From: Alloascoidea hylecoeti
Taxonomy: Eukaryota
Reading direction: 5' to 3'
Assembly (NCBI GenBank): GCA_001600815.1
Contig: BCKZ01000006.1
Location: forward strand, 621,048-685,047
Length of the DNA stretch: 64,000 bases
Part shown: one piece after another, positions 26,706 to 38,529 of the stretch
Numbering within the stretch: the stretch's first letter is position 1
Layout of the letters: every line of letters starts with the position of its first letter
The notes under the pieces: generated by a model
What the model was told of the DNA's origin: nothing
Databases searched by the model: none
Seen by the model: only the letters and a program-made list of their open reading frames with translations
Translations under genes and position numbers: made by a program

Positions 26706-28014
26706 TTACAAATATAAATATGATCATATTATCATAGTCTACTCATATATATATTTATTATTTTGAATTTTCGGTTATTGAGGCTTAACTTTTTTGTTTT
26801 ACTTTTATTTTTATATTTGTTAATATTCCTTTAATATAGATAATCGTTATTGATTAACTTTTTTGTAATATTTGAAAATTGAGCTTACTTTTACCATTAA
26901 CTAGTGGTCATGATGTTAATCATTTTTAATATTTCCAGCAGTTAATACATGTATTGGAATTGTCATCATATAGTATCACTAGCTCTATTTCAATTGTCAA
27001 ATTTTCAAGAGATAAACAATTAAATCTTTTCAGTTTTTATATATAATTATGAGAATATTTACTATTTAGAACAGAAAATTTCACTGCATAAGATTCTTAA
27101 ACCATTTAATTTGTGTGGTGTTTCTCGTTCCATTTGTTAGTGTTTAGTATTGTTTACTGTAGTCCATTTGTTTAGTGTTCACTACGGTCACAATTAAATA
27201 TGAAGCGTGTAAATAGTTATAAGATCCAATCAAATTTAAGGCTTGGCAATGATTTTTAAACTAACATATGAAGCTTTGCATGTAAACATAACTCTTTAAT
27301 TTTACTATTTCTTCAAGCATAGTCATCTTACTTAATTTGGGCCATTTAATAGTAAAATACCTGGTCATTTTTTTAGCTAAATATTCGCACAGTTGGCACA
27401 AATGTTTGACTAATGTTTGGCCATCTTGATGAATGATTATGGATCAGTTTCAAGCATCATATTCGGCAACATGGCTCGACTACAAATTATAGGCCAAACC
27501 ACTTTCACTAAATTTTGGAGTCTATCCTTTTCTTCAAAATTTTCACCTACAGGAGGATGGAAATGGAGGATCTTAGATGAAAATAATAACGAGGGCTAAT
27601 TTTTATAATACAACGAGTATACTATGTATCAGTTACAATTTTAGTGATTTATGAATTATAATATAAAAGGTAAAAACATCCAGATACAAAAATTATACAA
27701 AGTAAGTCAGTAAATATATAGCATTAATTCAAAAAGTTTAAACGAAAGGTAATTGCCACATGAGAAAATAAAAACAATGGTTGGGGTATGAGTTGCTAAC
27801 TTATTGAAGGAAAATTCAGGAAAAATACAATTGCAATATCAATTTGAGAGAAACAATTTAAACATGAATAAGTTAAAAACATAAAAAATAAATAAAATAA
27901 AACAAGAAACGTATAGAATAAACATAAGACAAGTTTGGAACTTATTTATTAAACATACTGTTATAGAACCCATCTATAATAATAACAATTATAAAGGTAA
28001 ATGAAAAATATAAT

Positions 28015-31000
28015 TTATTGTTTAAACCCCATTCTATCAGCATACTGTTCAGCTTCTTCTTTTGTTAACATATCACCAGCCCACCTAGCACTTGAAGTTC
28101 TTGTTCTAAATCTACTTTTTCTTGAAGTCTTTCTAAAAATATCTTCCATTTTTAAAGGAGCAATTGGTCCAAAAACAGCATCAGGATCAATTAATCTTTG
28201 CTTTTGTAATAATTGTGTTAATTCTGGTGATTCAGCCCATTCTTTTAATATACTACCATCATCATCATCTTCCGATTCTGAATAAATTTCAGGTAATACA
28301 GTTGGTGAATTGGTTTGCATTTGTAAATGTTGTTGTTGTAAACGAAAATTATTTGCACTGGCAAATGATGAAATAGATGATGATGATGTTGAAGCTGACA
28401 ACATTGAAACATTACTTGACATTTGTAAATCATTTTGTTTTCGTTGAAACGAAGGATTAATTGTTCTTATTACCCCAGGAGTTGCAAATTTAATACTATC
28501 ATTTGTGAATCTAACACCTTCAACATGAGGCATTGTAGGAATATTTGTATTCGTCAAGGATGATGAAGCATTGGTTGAAGAGTTATTTGTTGCAACTACT
28601 TTTCTTAAACCTTGATTTAATGTTTGATTAACTGTTCCTGGATTATACCTATTTGCATTACTTAACGCATAATTATTATCACTGATTCTTTTTGTATTTG
28701 AAATTCTCTTAATGTTAGTAGTAGTAGTTGAGATTCTTTTAGCATGAGGATTAGGATTAGGATTGGGATTGAAACTTTGTCTTAAAGATTCATCTGATTT
28801 TTTCTTTTTATAATCTACTTGTGCAGAATCCTGTAAAGTTAATTTTGAACCAATTTTTCTTGGAAGTAATTGTAATTGTTGATGTAATTGATTACCAGCA
28901 ACAATCAAATTAGATTCTGAACTTGAAATTGAACTTTTAGAATTTTGTCTAAATCTTGATTTATTATTTGAATCTAAAGACATTTTTGTAAGTCTACTAT
29001 GTTTACCATTTAGAGTTTGTCTTTGTTGGTTTATTGGTACTCTTATTGCAGTTCCAATAGAAGATTTAGAGGCTTGTCTTTTTAGTTGTGTAGTTATGGT
29101 TAAAGAATTGATTGGTTTAGAAACTTTTTCTTTTTCCTCTTCATTATTATTTTCATTTTCAACTTTCTGTTCAATTTTCTGCCCAACTCTCTTTTCATCA
29201 ACACTTTGCCTCTTTTTAACAGGTTCATCAAGTATCAAACCAAGGTCAACTTGATCCAATTTTCTAACATGACCTCTAGAATCTTTCTCATTATTAGTTA
29301 AATTCAATTTTGATTTTGATTTTGTAGGAGATGATGGAACAGAAGGATATAATGGCTTATTTGTATGTCTAATTAATGGACTCTCACTGTCAATATCATC
29401 GGTCATCACCATTTGTTGCTGTAATGATGTTTCATTAGTTTTTGCAATACTTGAATAAGTAGGTGCCATTAATCTCGAAGCTGCATTTAAATTCATTCTA
29501 TCATTAGCTACAGTTTTATTTTCTTTAACGCTTTTATTTTGTTGTTGTTGTTGTTGTTGTTGTTGCTGCTGCTGCTGCTGTCTACGATTTTTAAAAGGTG
29601 ATATTGATCTGATGGGAGATCTTGATCTTGCTGGTGATGGTGCTCTAACTTCTTTTGTTGAATAAGAGGATTTAGTTGGAGATTTAAATATATTCTTTGC
29701 GCGTTTTAAGAATGACATTGGAGAATGTGAATGTTGTTTTTGTGCTTCATTGATTAATTTTTTTGTTGGTGATAATGTAACGGAAAGGGGTAATCTAGGG
29801 ATAACAGTAGTAACAGAACTGGTGACAGGAGGTGGTAAATCACATTTAGAAGATTCAAATTTGGTTGATGTTGATGTTTTATTTAATGAAGATGTTGGGA
29901 TATCTTGAAAAGGTGATGATACTCGTGGGAGAAATGATTCATCATTTATTATAATTGGGGATATTACAATTCTTTCTTCTTTTTCTTTTCGTTCTTCATC
30001 ATCATCATTTATTTTGGAAAATTCAGATTCTTTTTCAACTGATGGAGATTCTACCTTATTCTCGTTATCTTTATCATTAATATCTAAATTAATGTGTTGA
30101 GGATCATCAATAACCTCAACAGATTCACCACTTTCTCTAAGTGGAGATTTTGGCTCCTCATTTTCATTATCCTGGGAATCTTTTGCGCCAATACTTTCCC
30201 ATGAACTAACTCTTGAAGGCGATGCCTTACTGAAAATAGTATTTATAGTTGATGATGAAGTAGTAGTACGAATAGTTTTATTTCCTTTTGATCCTTCAGA
30301 ACTTTCAGAAGTTTCAGTTTTTTCAGTCAATTGACTTGTACTCTGTTGGGATACATTTCTTGAAGGGCTAGGTAATCGACTTGTACTGTCATCTTTTAAT
30401 TGAATTTTGGAAGGAGATCTTGAAGGAGATCTGATTGGTATACTACTTGGTTTTAAAGATCTTCCACGAGCTTGTTCAATTGAAGTTAAAGTTGCTAATG
30501 ATAGTTCAGTTAATGGTTCTATTAATGACGTTAGCTTAATAGGTGGTGTTATTGGAATTTCGAGATCTGTTGGTGTTGTTTTAGGGGTTGCGGTTATATC
30601 ATCATGAGATTCTTGGGATGGTTTCAATGGAACTTTAACAACTGTTTCAATTTCATTTACAGGAGTGACAATACCGGCATTTGAAGATCTTCTGCTTGTT
30701 ATTTCTTCTTCATTAATTGATTGTTCTTGTTCGTTTACTGCAGTTTTGAAACTTTCAGCAGCAGAAGTAAAGGAATTATCGGGCGAAATGTCAGCATTTT
30801 CTTCAATCGTATTATCAATTGCATTGTCAGTTTTATTGTTCGTTTCATTGTTGAATATATGTGGAAGGTTATTTTCGAATGGAGATTCTTGTAATTTCCT
30901 TGCTTTTTGTAAGACAGAAGTTTGAGATCTTGGTTTCACAATAGGCTTTAAGGAATTTTTAGGAGATATAACTGATTTAATATGAATATTTTGATTTTTA

Positions 31001-31538
31001 TATTGATTTTGATTGTTCTTATTTTTGTCGATAATAAATTTTGGTCTAAACTTGTTATCATTTGAAGGATTTGATAATTTTAATAAAGATGTTTGAGATT
31101 TATTTGGTGAATTTTGAAATGGAATGTAATTTTTGGAAGGCCCCTAAACAAACAAAAAAGCAACAACAACAAATAGTTAGAAAATTTAGAAAAACTGGAT
31201 CAAAAAGTAGTATAAACAAACATACGAGGATTTTTGCAGGAGTCGCTTGAAGTAGCCGGAATGGAGCATCTTTTCTTTTCGAAGGGCTTTGTAGCAACAT
31301 ACTTTGTTCCCTGAACAAACATGTTAATATACACAAACATAAACAAGACAAATCTAAAAAAGGCATACTTTCTCTCAGCAGATAAAACTTCGTTAATATG
31401 TTCATTTATCCAGTCCAATTCGGCCTTTGCGGCCAGAGCGAAATGGTCCATATCCGCAAGAACCAAAGAGGACATTGCCGTCATTTCCGAGCAGATCCAT
31501 TTGGAGGTTCCTGGCGTTGTTTTGTTCCGAAAAGACAT
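28015..31538 (-). CDS. SLI15: INCENP/Sli15 chromosomal passenger subunit; exons 31538-31369, 31310-31226, 31143-28015 (~1127 aa)
   Basis: C-terminal IN-box LPEIYSESEDD..ILKEWAESPEL..LLQKQRLIDPDAVFGPI.PLKMEDIF..RTSSARW and N-terminal PGTSKWI..ELDWINEH. Introns 31368-31311 (GTATGC...CAG, 58 nt) and 31225-31144 (GTATGT...TTCTAAC...TAG, 82 nt) give one open frame. Confidence 0.88.
29539..29580 (-). repeat. (CAG)5(CAA)9 poly-Gln tract in SLI15
   Basis: Read directly; encodes Q14. Confidence 0.9.
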
Positions 31539-31682
31539 TTATTATGAAGTATATGTTTATTTGTAAATAAATGTGAAAGAATAATGTCAAATGTTGTAAA
31601 TAAATAGAAATGGAAATGGAAATAAACATAATAAATATAAAAATAATATGGTTGACCCACCAACAAAAACTATTTACACAAA

Positions 31683-34343
31683 TTATTTAAGTGCAAATCC
31701 CCCGCTTTCGTTAACTGCAAAGTATAATTTCGCGGATAATTCCTCCATACTTTCGTAATCCCACAGACAAATTTCGTTAAAACAAGTATGACTAATCGGC
31801 AGTCTCCCTCGATCAGTTTCGCATGTTTTCATGTTAGTTATTTTGAACTTCATAGTAGAAATACCCAAAGCAGGAACTCTCCCCAATCCTGTCATAAAAA
31901 TAAATAATTTCCTTTGCATTTCGACTTCCATATCTTCAACAATCTTCCAAAACCATTCAACTATTCTATCCTCATTTTTAAATCCTCTATATATCGTAAC
32001 CGCTCTTAATAAATCAACATCAATTCCTTTTTTCCCATTCCCATTCCCATTCCCATTATTACTATGGAAAAATTCTGGTGATCCACAAATCGATAATTCA
32101 ATTTCTTCTGCTGAAAATAATTTCAATGCATTAGAACCAACTGAATTTAAAAATCCTTTTTTTAATAATTTAAATGGCCTTTTACATGATATTTCAAGAT
32201 AATAATTAATATATAAATCAACAAATAAATATTTATTATCATTATTAACTTTTTTATTATTCCCATTTGGTAATAAATTTATTGTCTTTTTAAACCCAAA
32301 TGATTCAACTGTAATTTCAAAATATAATTCAATATCATCTTCTTTAAATTGTTTATCATCATAACTTAAAATTTTCTTTAAATTTGATGAGATTATTGGA
32401 TATAATTGTTCAAAATCTTCCATTGACCATTTAAACTTTTTATCTTCTTGTTTTTCTTTTTCATCCTTGTGAGAATCATCATGTAATAATTTTTTATATA
32501 AAATTCTTGGAAAATTTAAATCTAATATAGTCGAATTATAAACTGCTAATCCTAATAAAATACCAATTAAATAATAAATCTTGTCATTTTCATTATTGTA
32601 ATTATCTGTTAAATTGAAATTAAACCAATAATAACCAGATTCTTGAATATTTATAAAAAATCCATAATTTAAATCAAATAATGATTCAATTAATAGTGAA
32701 AACCATTCTTTTTTTAAACCACCAGCATCAATACCTTCTTCATCTATAAATTCAATTTTTAGTTTCTTTTTAAATTCATCATTTAAATTAAAATTTGGAT
32801 TATCATTATTAAGTAATAAGTGAGAAATTTCATCAATTGTATCATTAACAATACAATCCCTTCTAATTTTAAATTTTAATACTGGACAAAGTTGTTGTTT
32901 TAAATCAAGTGCCGTTACAAATGCTTGTTCTGCAGATTTATTCATTTTTTTCCGGGATTCATATCTTAAAATTGATAGTTTAGAATTTAATGATAATAAA
33001 AAAGGATATTGACAAATCGTAAAGTTTGGTTTGATCTTTTTAGCAGGCCTTGTAAAATTTGATCCTGTTCCTATAAGTGATGCCATTGATACCACATATT
33101 CTTCAATGTTATTTATATCGGGTACTACTTCTTCTTGTGTTGATATTGAATTTGACCTTGAACTTAAATTATTCCATGATTCAAAATCATCATTTAAATT
33201 AATATAATTTAAATCAATCATTGCATTATAAAATTCAACAGTTTTAAATTTTTCAGTTTGAGGACGAACATTATTTGAATTAAAAATAATCCTAAACAAT
33301 CTTAATGATGTTTCAATTTGCCAATCAAATCCATATTGTGATAACTTTATAATTTGTTGCTTTTTCTTATCGTCTTGTGGCCCTGGTATACTTTTGCTTC
33401 TATTTAAATTAATATTTAAATGTTTACGCAATCTTAATGAGATATAACTATTAAGTAAATCAATTAAATATTTAAATTTAAAAGAATCAAATCTTGCAAA
33501 CCAATTAATTAAATAAATTTTAAAATTGTTATTTAAATTTGATAAATTTGATAATATGCCGATTGATCTTTTTAAGATATTATATGATAATGTATGAAGT
33601 TGTAATAAATTGGATTCCTTTATATTCATTTTACCAATTTTTATAAATTTTGGTGTTGAATTTAATGGAGGTGATTTTAATGATGACAATGGTACTTGAA
33701 GAAATGATGCGTCAGATAATATTGGGTTTAATAAAATTATTAAAATCCATCTTATTTCAATTACATTTAATGTTATTTTATTTAAATTGATTTTCTTTAA
33801 AGAATCAATTGATCCATTTAAAATAGCAAACATTGGTTCAATTGAATTCAATTTCATTATAAAATCATAAAATTGACTTAAGTCATCATAATTTATATTT
33901 GGTGATGAAAATCGTAATTTATTTTTGCTATGTCTTTTAAATGATTCATTTAAAATAGTTGATGATGCAAAAGAATTATATAAAATTGAACATAAATTTT
34001 TAGATGTTTCCGGAGTTGATATTGTTGATTGTAAAAAATCAAATGAAAGTTCTGTATGATTATTATCATCCGGTTGGAATTGATGAAATGCATGAGTGGT
34101 TGAACAATTAAGGCATTTATAATTTGTGGCTTGGGGTAAATGTTTAACAATAGTGCCACAACACAAACAAGATGAAGTTTTCTACACTGTGTTAGCATGA
34201 TAAGAGAAATATAGAATAATGATACTTACCATTTGTGGGACATTATTATATATACTACTGTTGGTGTTAGTATTTGGAGTAGTTGTGTTTGTGGTTGCCT
34301 TTTGTTTTTGTTTAGAGAAGGACCAAAAAGAATGAGATCCCAT
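31683..34343 (-). CDS. HUL4: HECT E3 ubiquitin ligase, Hul4-like; exons 34343-34230 and 34181-31683 (~870 aa)
   Basis: HECT domain (EEGIDAGGLKKEWF, LGLAVYNSTILD, catalytic LPISHTCFNEICL) and N-terminal CLCCGT...CLNC. Exon 1 MGSHSFWSFSK...NNVPQM joins KTSSCLCC via a 48-nt intron 34229-34182 (GTAAGT...TGCTAAC...TAG). Confidence 0.85.
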
Positions 34344-34588
34344 TGTTCTGTAACAATAAACAATAAAATGTAAAAATATAAAAACGCAAAAGAAAAAAAG
34401 GAAAAAAGGAAAGGAAAGAAGGAAAAACGGAATTAGTTAATTTATATATATTTATTTATTCATTTCTATTATGTTATCTTTATTATTTATAATAATCACC
34501 ACAGAACATCTGAGCACACGTGTAGCTTCTGGCACGGAATATGATAGCTTTCAATGTTTATGTTTTTAAATTTGTTATTTATGATAAA

Positions 34589-37316
34589 ATGGAAATGATG
34601 ATGGAAAATTTGGAAGCTGGGAAAGAAAATATTCCTCCGTTACAAAATGTAAATCAAAATGTTTTATCAAATGTTTTAAAATCAAAAGAATCAAATTTAT
34701 TCACTCCAGATTATTTTGAAAAACAAATTAATGAATCAAATGAGTTAGATGATCCAATTCAGCCATATCTTGATTATATTAAGTGGATAATTGATACAAA
34801 TTCAAATTCAAATTCAAATTCAAATTCAAATTCAAATCCTTTTGAAAACGGTTTAATAAATATATTGGAAAAATGTACTGCTAATTTCAGAGATACAATA
34901 TATTATAAAAATGATCCAAGATATTTAAATGTTTGGTTACAATATGCAACTTATTCAAATACTCCTAAAGATATCTTTATTTATCTTTCTAGGAAAGAAA
35001 TTGGTAAAGAATTGGCAACTTATTATGAACAATTTTCTTCTTATTTAGAGTTAAAAGAAAAGAATTTAAAAGAAGCTGATGAAGTTTTTAAATATGGTTT
35101 ATCTATCAATGCAAGACCTTTTAATCGATTAAAAAGAAGATATGATGAATTCTTACAAAGGATGCATCAACAAAATGGAAATGGTAAGCTGCCTGTTTTT
35201 GTTGATAATCCAATTTCAACTACAAAAGAAACAAAAACAAAAGGAAAAATTTCTATCTTTAGAGATGTGAATGATAATAATAATAATGATCCAAATGAAC
35301 ATATATATCAAATTATTAAAAATCCAGGTCGTAAAATTGAAAAAATCGATTTAAATTTTAATCTATTATACCCAAATGATGATGAAGAGTATTGTCTTTC
35401 TGAAATATTGGCAATGTCAAGGGGTTTCTATAATATTCAAATACCCAATTCTGAAAATGAAAACGAAAATGTAAACGAAATTGAAATTGATGATCCAATA
35501 ACTGAAACCACTACCACTAGTATGCCATTACAAGGTAAGAGTATTCATTCTCATATTTCAATTTTTTATACTTACTTTATTGTTTATTTTATTAGATTCA
35601 CCTGTTAAAGTAAGACCTGCATCTCCAACAATGACAATGTTTACAAGAGCAGCAACTGATGAAGTATATTCAATGTTTAATCAACCTTTAGAAAAAGATG
35701 TTTATAATGACGAAACAGATAATTTTGATGATGAGGATGATGATAAAAGTGATGATGATTATGAAGATCTCACAAATTACACTAATTTTGAACATACAGA
35801 AACAAATTTAGAAGATGAAGAAGAAGAGGAAGACACAATTAAAGAAATTAAAAATGTTACAAATAATAATAACAATGAAGAGGAAGATGAAGATGATGTT
35901 GGAGAATTAATAAGTAATACCAGTAACTTGAATTTTGAAGATCAAGAAAATAGAATACCATCAACTCCAATTTCAAAAAATTATCATGCATTTTATTCAA
36001 AATTACCAACAATGACACCAATTGTTGAAATTACAGAACCAATTAGTTTTACACCTGCAAAATCATTAATTGCAAACTCTAAACAACGCATTAATAACAT
36101 TGACGAAGAAGAAGAGGAAGAAGAAAATGTCGAAAATTATTGTAATCCAATTGATGAATCAACGAGAAGACTTGCATTGTCAAAATTATCACCATCAATT
36201 ATAACATATCCTGGTTATAATAAATATGATAAAGATTTTCAAATGTCACAAGTTTTAAAAAAATTAATAAAATCACAAAATAATAATATTAATATTGATA
36301 ATAATAATACACAAAATAATAAAATTCCAATTCTTGAATTTTCAAAAAATTCATCTCAATATTATGTTAGATCATTACTTGGTGAAGGTGGTTATGCATC
36401 AGCATATCTTTGTGAATCAAATACTGGTTATTTAAAAGCAATTAAAGTTGAAAATCCATCAAATTCTTGGGAATTTTATATCATATCACAATTGAAAAAA
36501 CGTTTATTAAGCAATGAAAACGAAAATGGACATGGCACTCTTAAAAGTATTGTTGGATTAGATGAAATTCATCAATTTAATGATGAAAGTTATTTAATTA
36601 TTGAATATTTAAATCAAGGAACTGTATTAGATTTAGTTAATAATTTCAAAACTAATATAAATTCAGGAATTGATGAAATTTTAGTTATATTTATAACAAT
36701 TGAATTATTAAAAATTATTAATTCATTACATGAAGTTGGAATATTACACGGTGATTTAAAACCAGATAATTGTATGCTTAGATTTGAAAATGACAATAAT
36801 AACCTAAATTGGTCTCAACAATATGAAAGAGATGGTTCAAATGGTTGGTTAAATAAAGGTATTAAATTAATTGATTTTGGTAGATCAATTGATATGCTTT
36901 TATTCCCTAAAAATGTTCAATTTATATGTGATTGGGAAACTGATCAACAAGATTGTCAAGAAATGAGAGATCATAAACCATGGACCTATCAATCTGATTA
37001 TTATGGTTTAGCTAATATTATACATACATTACTTTTTGGAAATTTTATTGAAATTATACAAATTGAAAATTCTACAAAATATAAATTGAAAAATCCGTTT
37101 AAAAGATATTGGCAACAAGAAATGTGGAATGATTTATTTGATATATTATTGAATTCTTCAAGTTTTAATAATGGAAATTTACCACTTATAGATTTATTAA
37201 AACAACAAAGAATAAATTTTGAAGATTGGTTAGAAATGCATTCAAATGAAAAAAATACTTTAAAATCAATCATTATAAATATACAAGATACTTTAGAAGA
37301 AAGAAAAAGAAAATAA
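34589..37316 (+). CDS. BUB1: Spindle-checkpoint kinase Bub1 (MadBub family); exons 34589-35534 and 35596-37316 (~888 aa; alternative ATG at 34541)
   Basis: KENIPPL, TPR (DDPIQPY, YKNDPRYL, ARPFNRLKRRY), GLEBS (EEYCLSEILAMSR), CD1 (SPTMTMFTRAATDEVYSMFNQP), kinase (LGEGGY, HGDLKPDN, IDFGRSID). A 61-nt intron 35535-35595 (GTAAGA...TACTTAC...TAG) joins the two track ORFs. Confidence 0.92.
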
Positions 37317-37392
37317 CTTAATTAACTAAATTTTGCAATGTGTAGTAATAAGCTATAATATCACATCATACCCATTTTCATTTTGATCAATA

Positions 37393-38346
37393 TCAATCAT
37401 CGCCATCACTTTTACTGAGTGAAGAAAATTCATCTAAATAGCACTCCTGTGTTGATAACTTATGAACATATCTCGTAATCTTTCTAGCTTGTAAGTCCAA
37501 TAAATCCTGACTATTAAAACTAAATTTAAAATCATCGCTATCATAGTTAACAATATTATTATGATCATCGCCCATATCAACAGCACCAACTGATTGAGAT
37601 GTTTCAAATTCACTATCAAAATCAGAATAATTAACATTTGAAGGATAACATCCATTTTCCCAAATTAATGACCCATTTGGATTTAGATTTGGATATAGTG
37701 GTATACGTGAAATCCAATTTTCAACTTTATCTTTATATTCCATTACTGGTGCAAGATGAGGATCAAACATGGACCACGAAGTAGTAGGAGTTAGTATAGT
37801 ATTAGCGCTTGGTGTATTAGGTATTTGTAAACCACCAATATTTGGTTGCCATCGTTGAATTGCACTTTGGTTAAAAAAATAAGCATCTACTTTATTATAA
37901 TTATAAGGTGTGTATTGGCATGAACTGGTATTAAAAGGATATTGGTATTGACTTTGAGGTGAACTCATGTTTAAATTTGGAATGGTATAATTTTGACCTT
38001 GATTGAAACGATCCAAAGGTGATGAACGTATATAATCACAAGTCGGTGAGCGGAACTCTTTTCTTTTGCTACTTGAAACCACACGTTTTTGTCTACCAAT
38101 CGGACTAGATGCTGGTCTTACTGAACGAGTATCTTTGAAGTAAATCTTTTGGATTGGAGGAGGTTGTGTTCGGGCCATTGGTTGGACCATTGGTTGGGGT
38201 TGATTTCCATAATATCCGGTATAATATCCATTAACGTCGACGAAATGCTTTGAAAGAGGTTAATTATTAAGATCTGATATATATGATGATATTGTTATTG
38301 AATATATATTTACATTAACGGGTGGATTGAAAGGTTGATAATTCAT
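37393..38346 (-). CDS. Hypothetical protein (~295 aa); probable exons 38346-38314 and 38247-37393
   Basis: 265-aa track ORF is open 19 more codons to 38247. A 66-nt intron 38313-38248 (GTAAAT...AATTAAC...AAG) would add MNYQPFNPPVN. P/Q/Y/S-rich N-half; structured-looking C-half (KVENWISRIP, IWENGCYP, DLLDLQARKITRYV). Exon 1 less certain than the gene. Confidence 0.7.
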
Positions 38347-38529
38347 ACTTCATGGATATTTGATGCGTACACAAATAGAAAAATATCAAAAATGTATGAG
38401 ATCTAGAAGTAATATTTAGTACTGCATAAAACAACTAAACCTTCTTTTTTCACTCATATTTACTCAAACCGCAATCTCAAAGTATAATTACTAAACATAA
38501 ACCTCCAAGCATAATTAAATAGGTCCATA

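Noticed and set aside
34385..34391. Ndt80 MSE-like CRCAAAW upstream of HUL4 (similar at 38370 and near 15525)
   Set aside because: 7-mer expected by chance in AT-rich DNA
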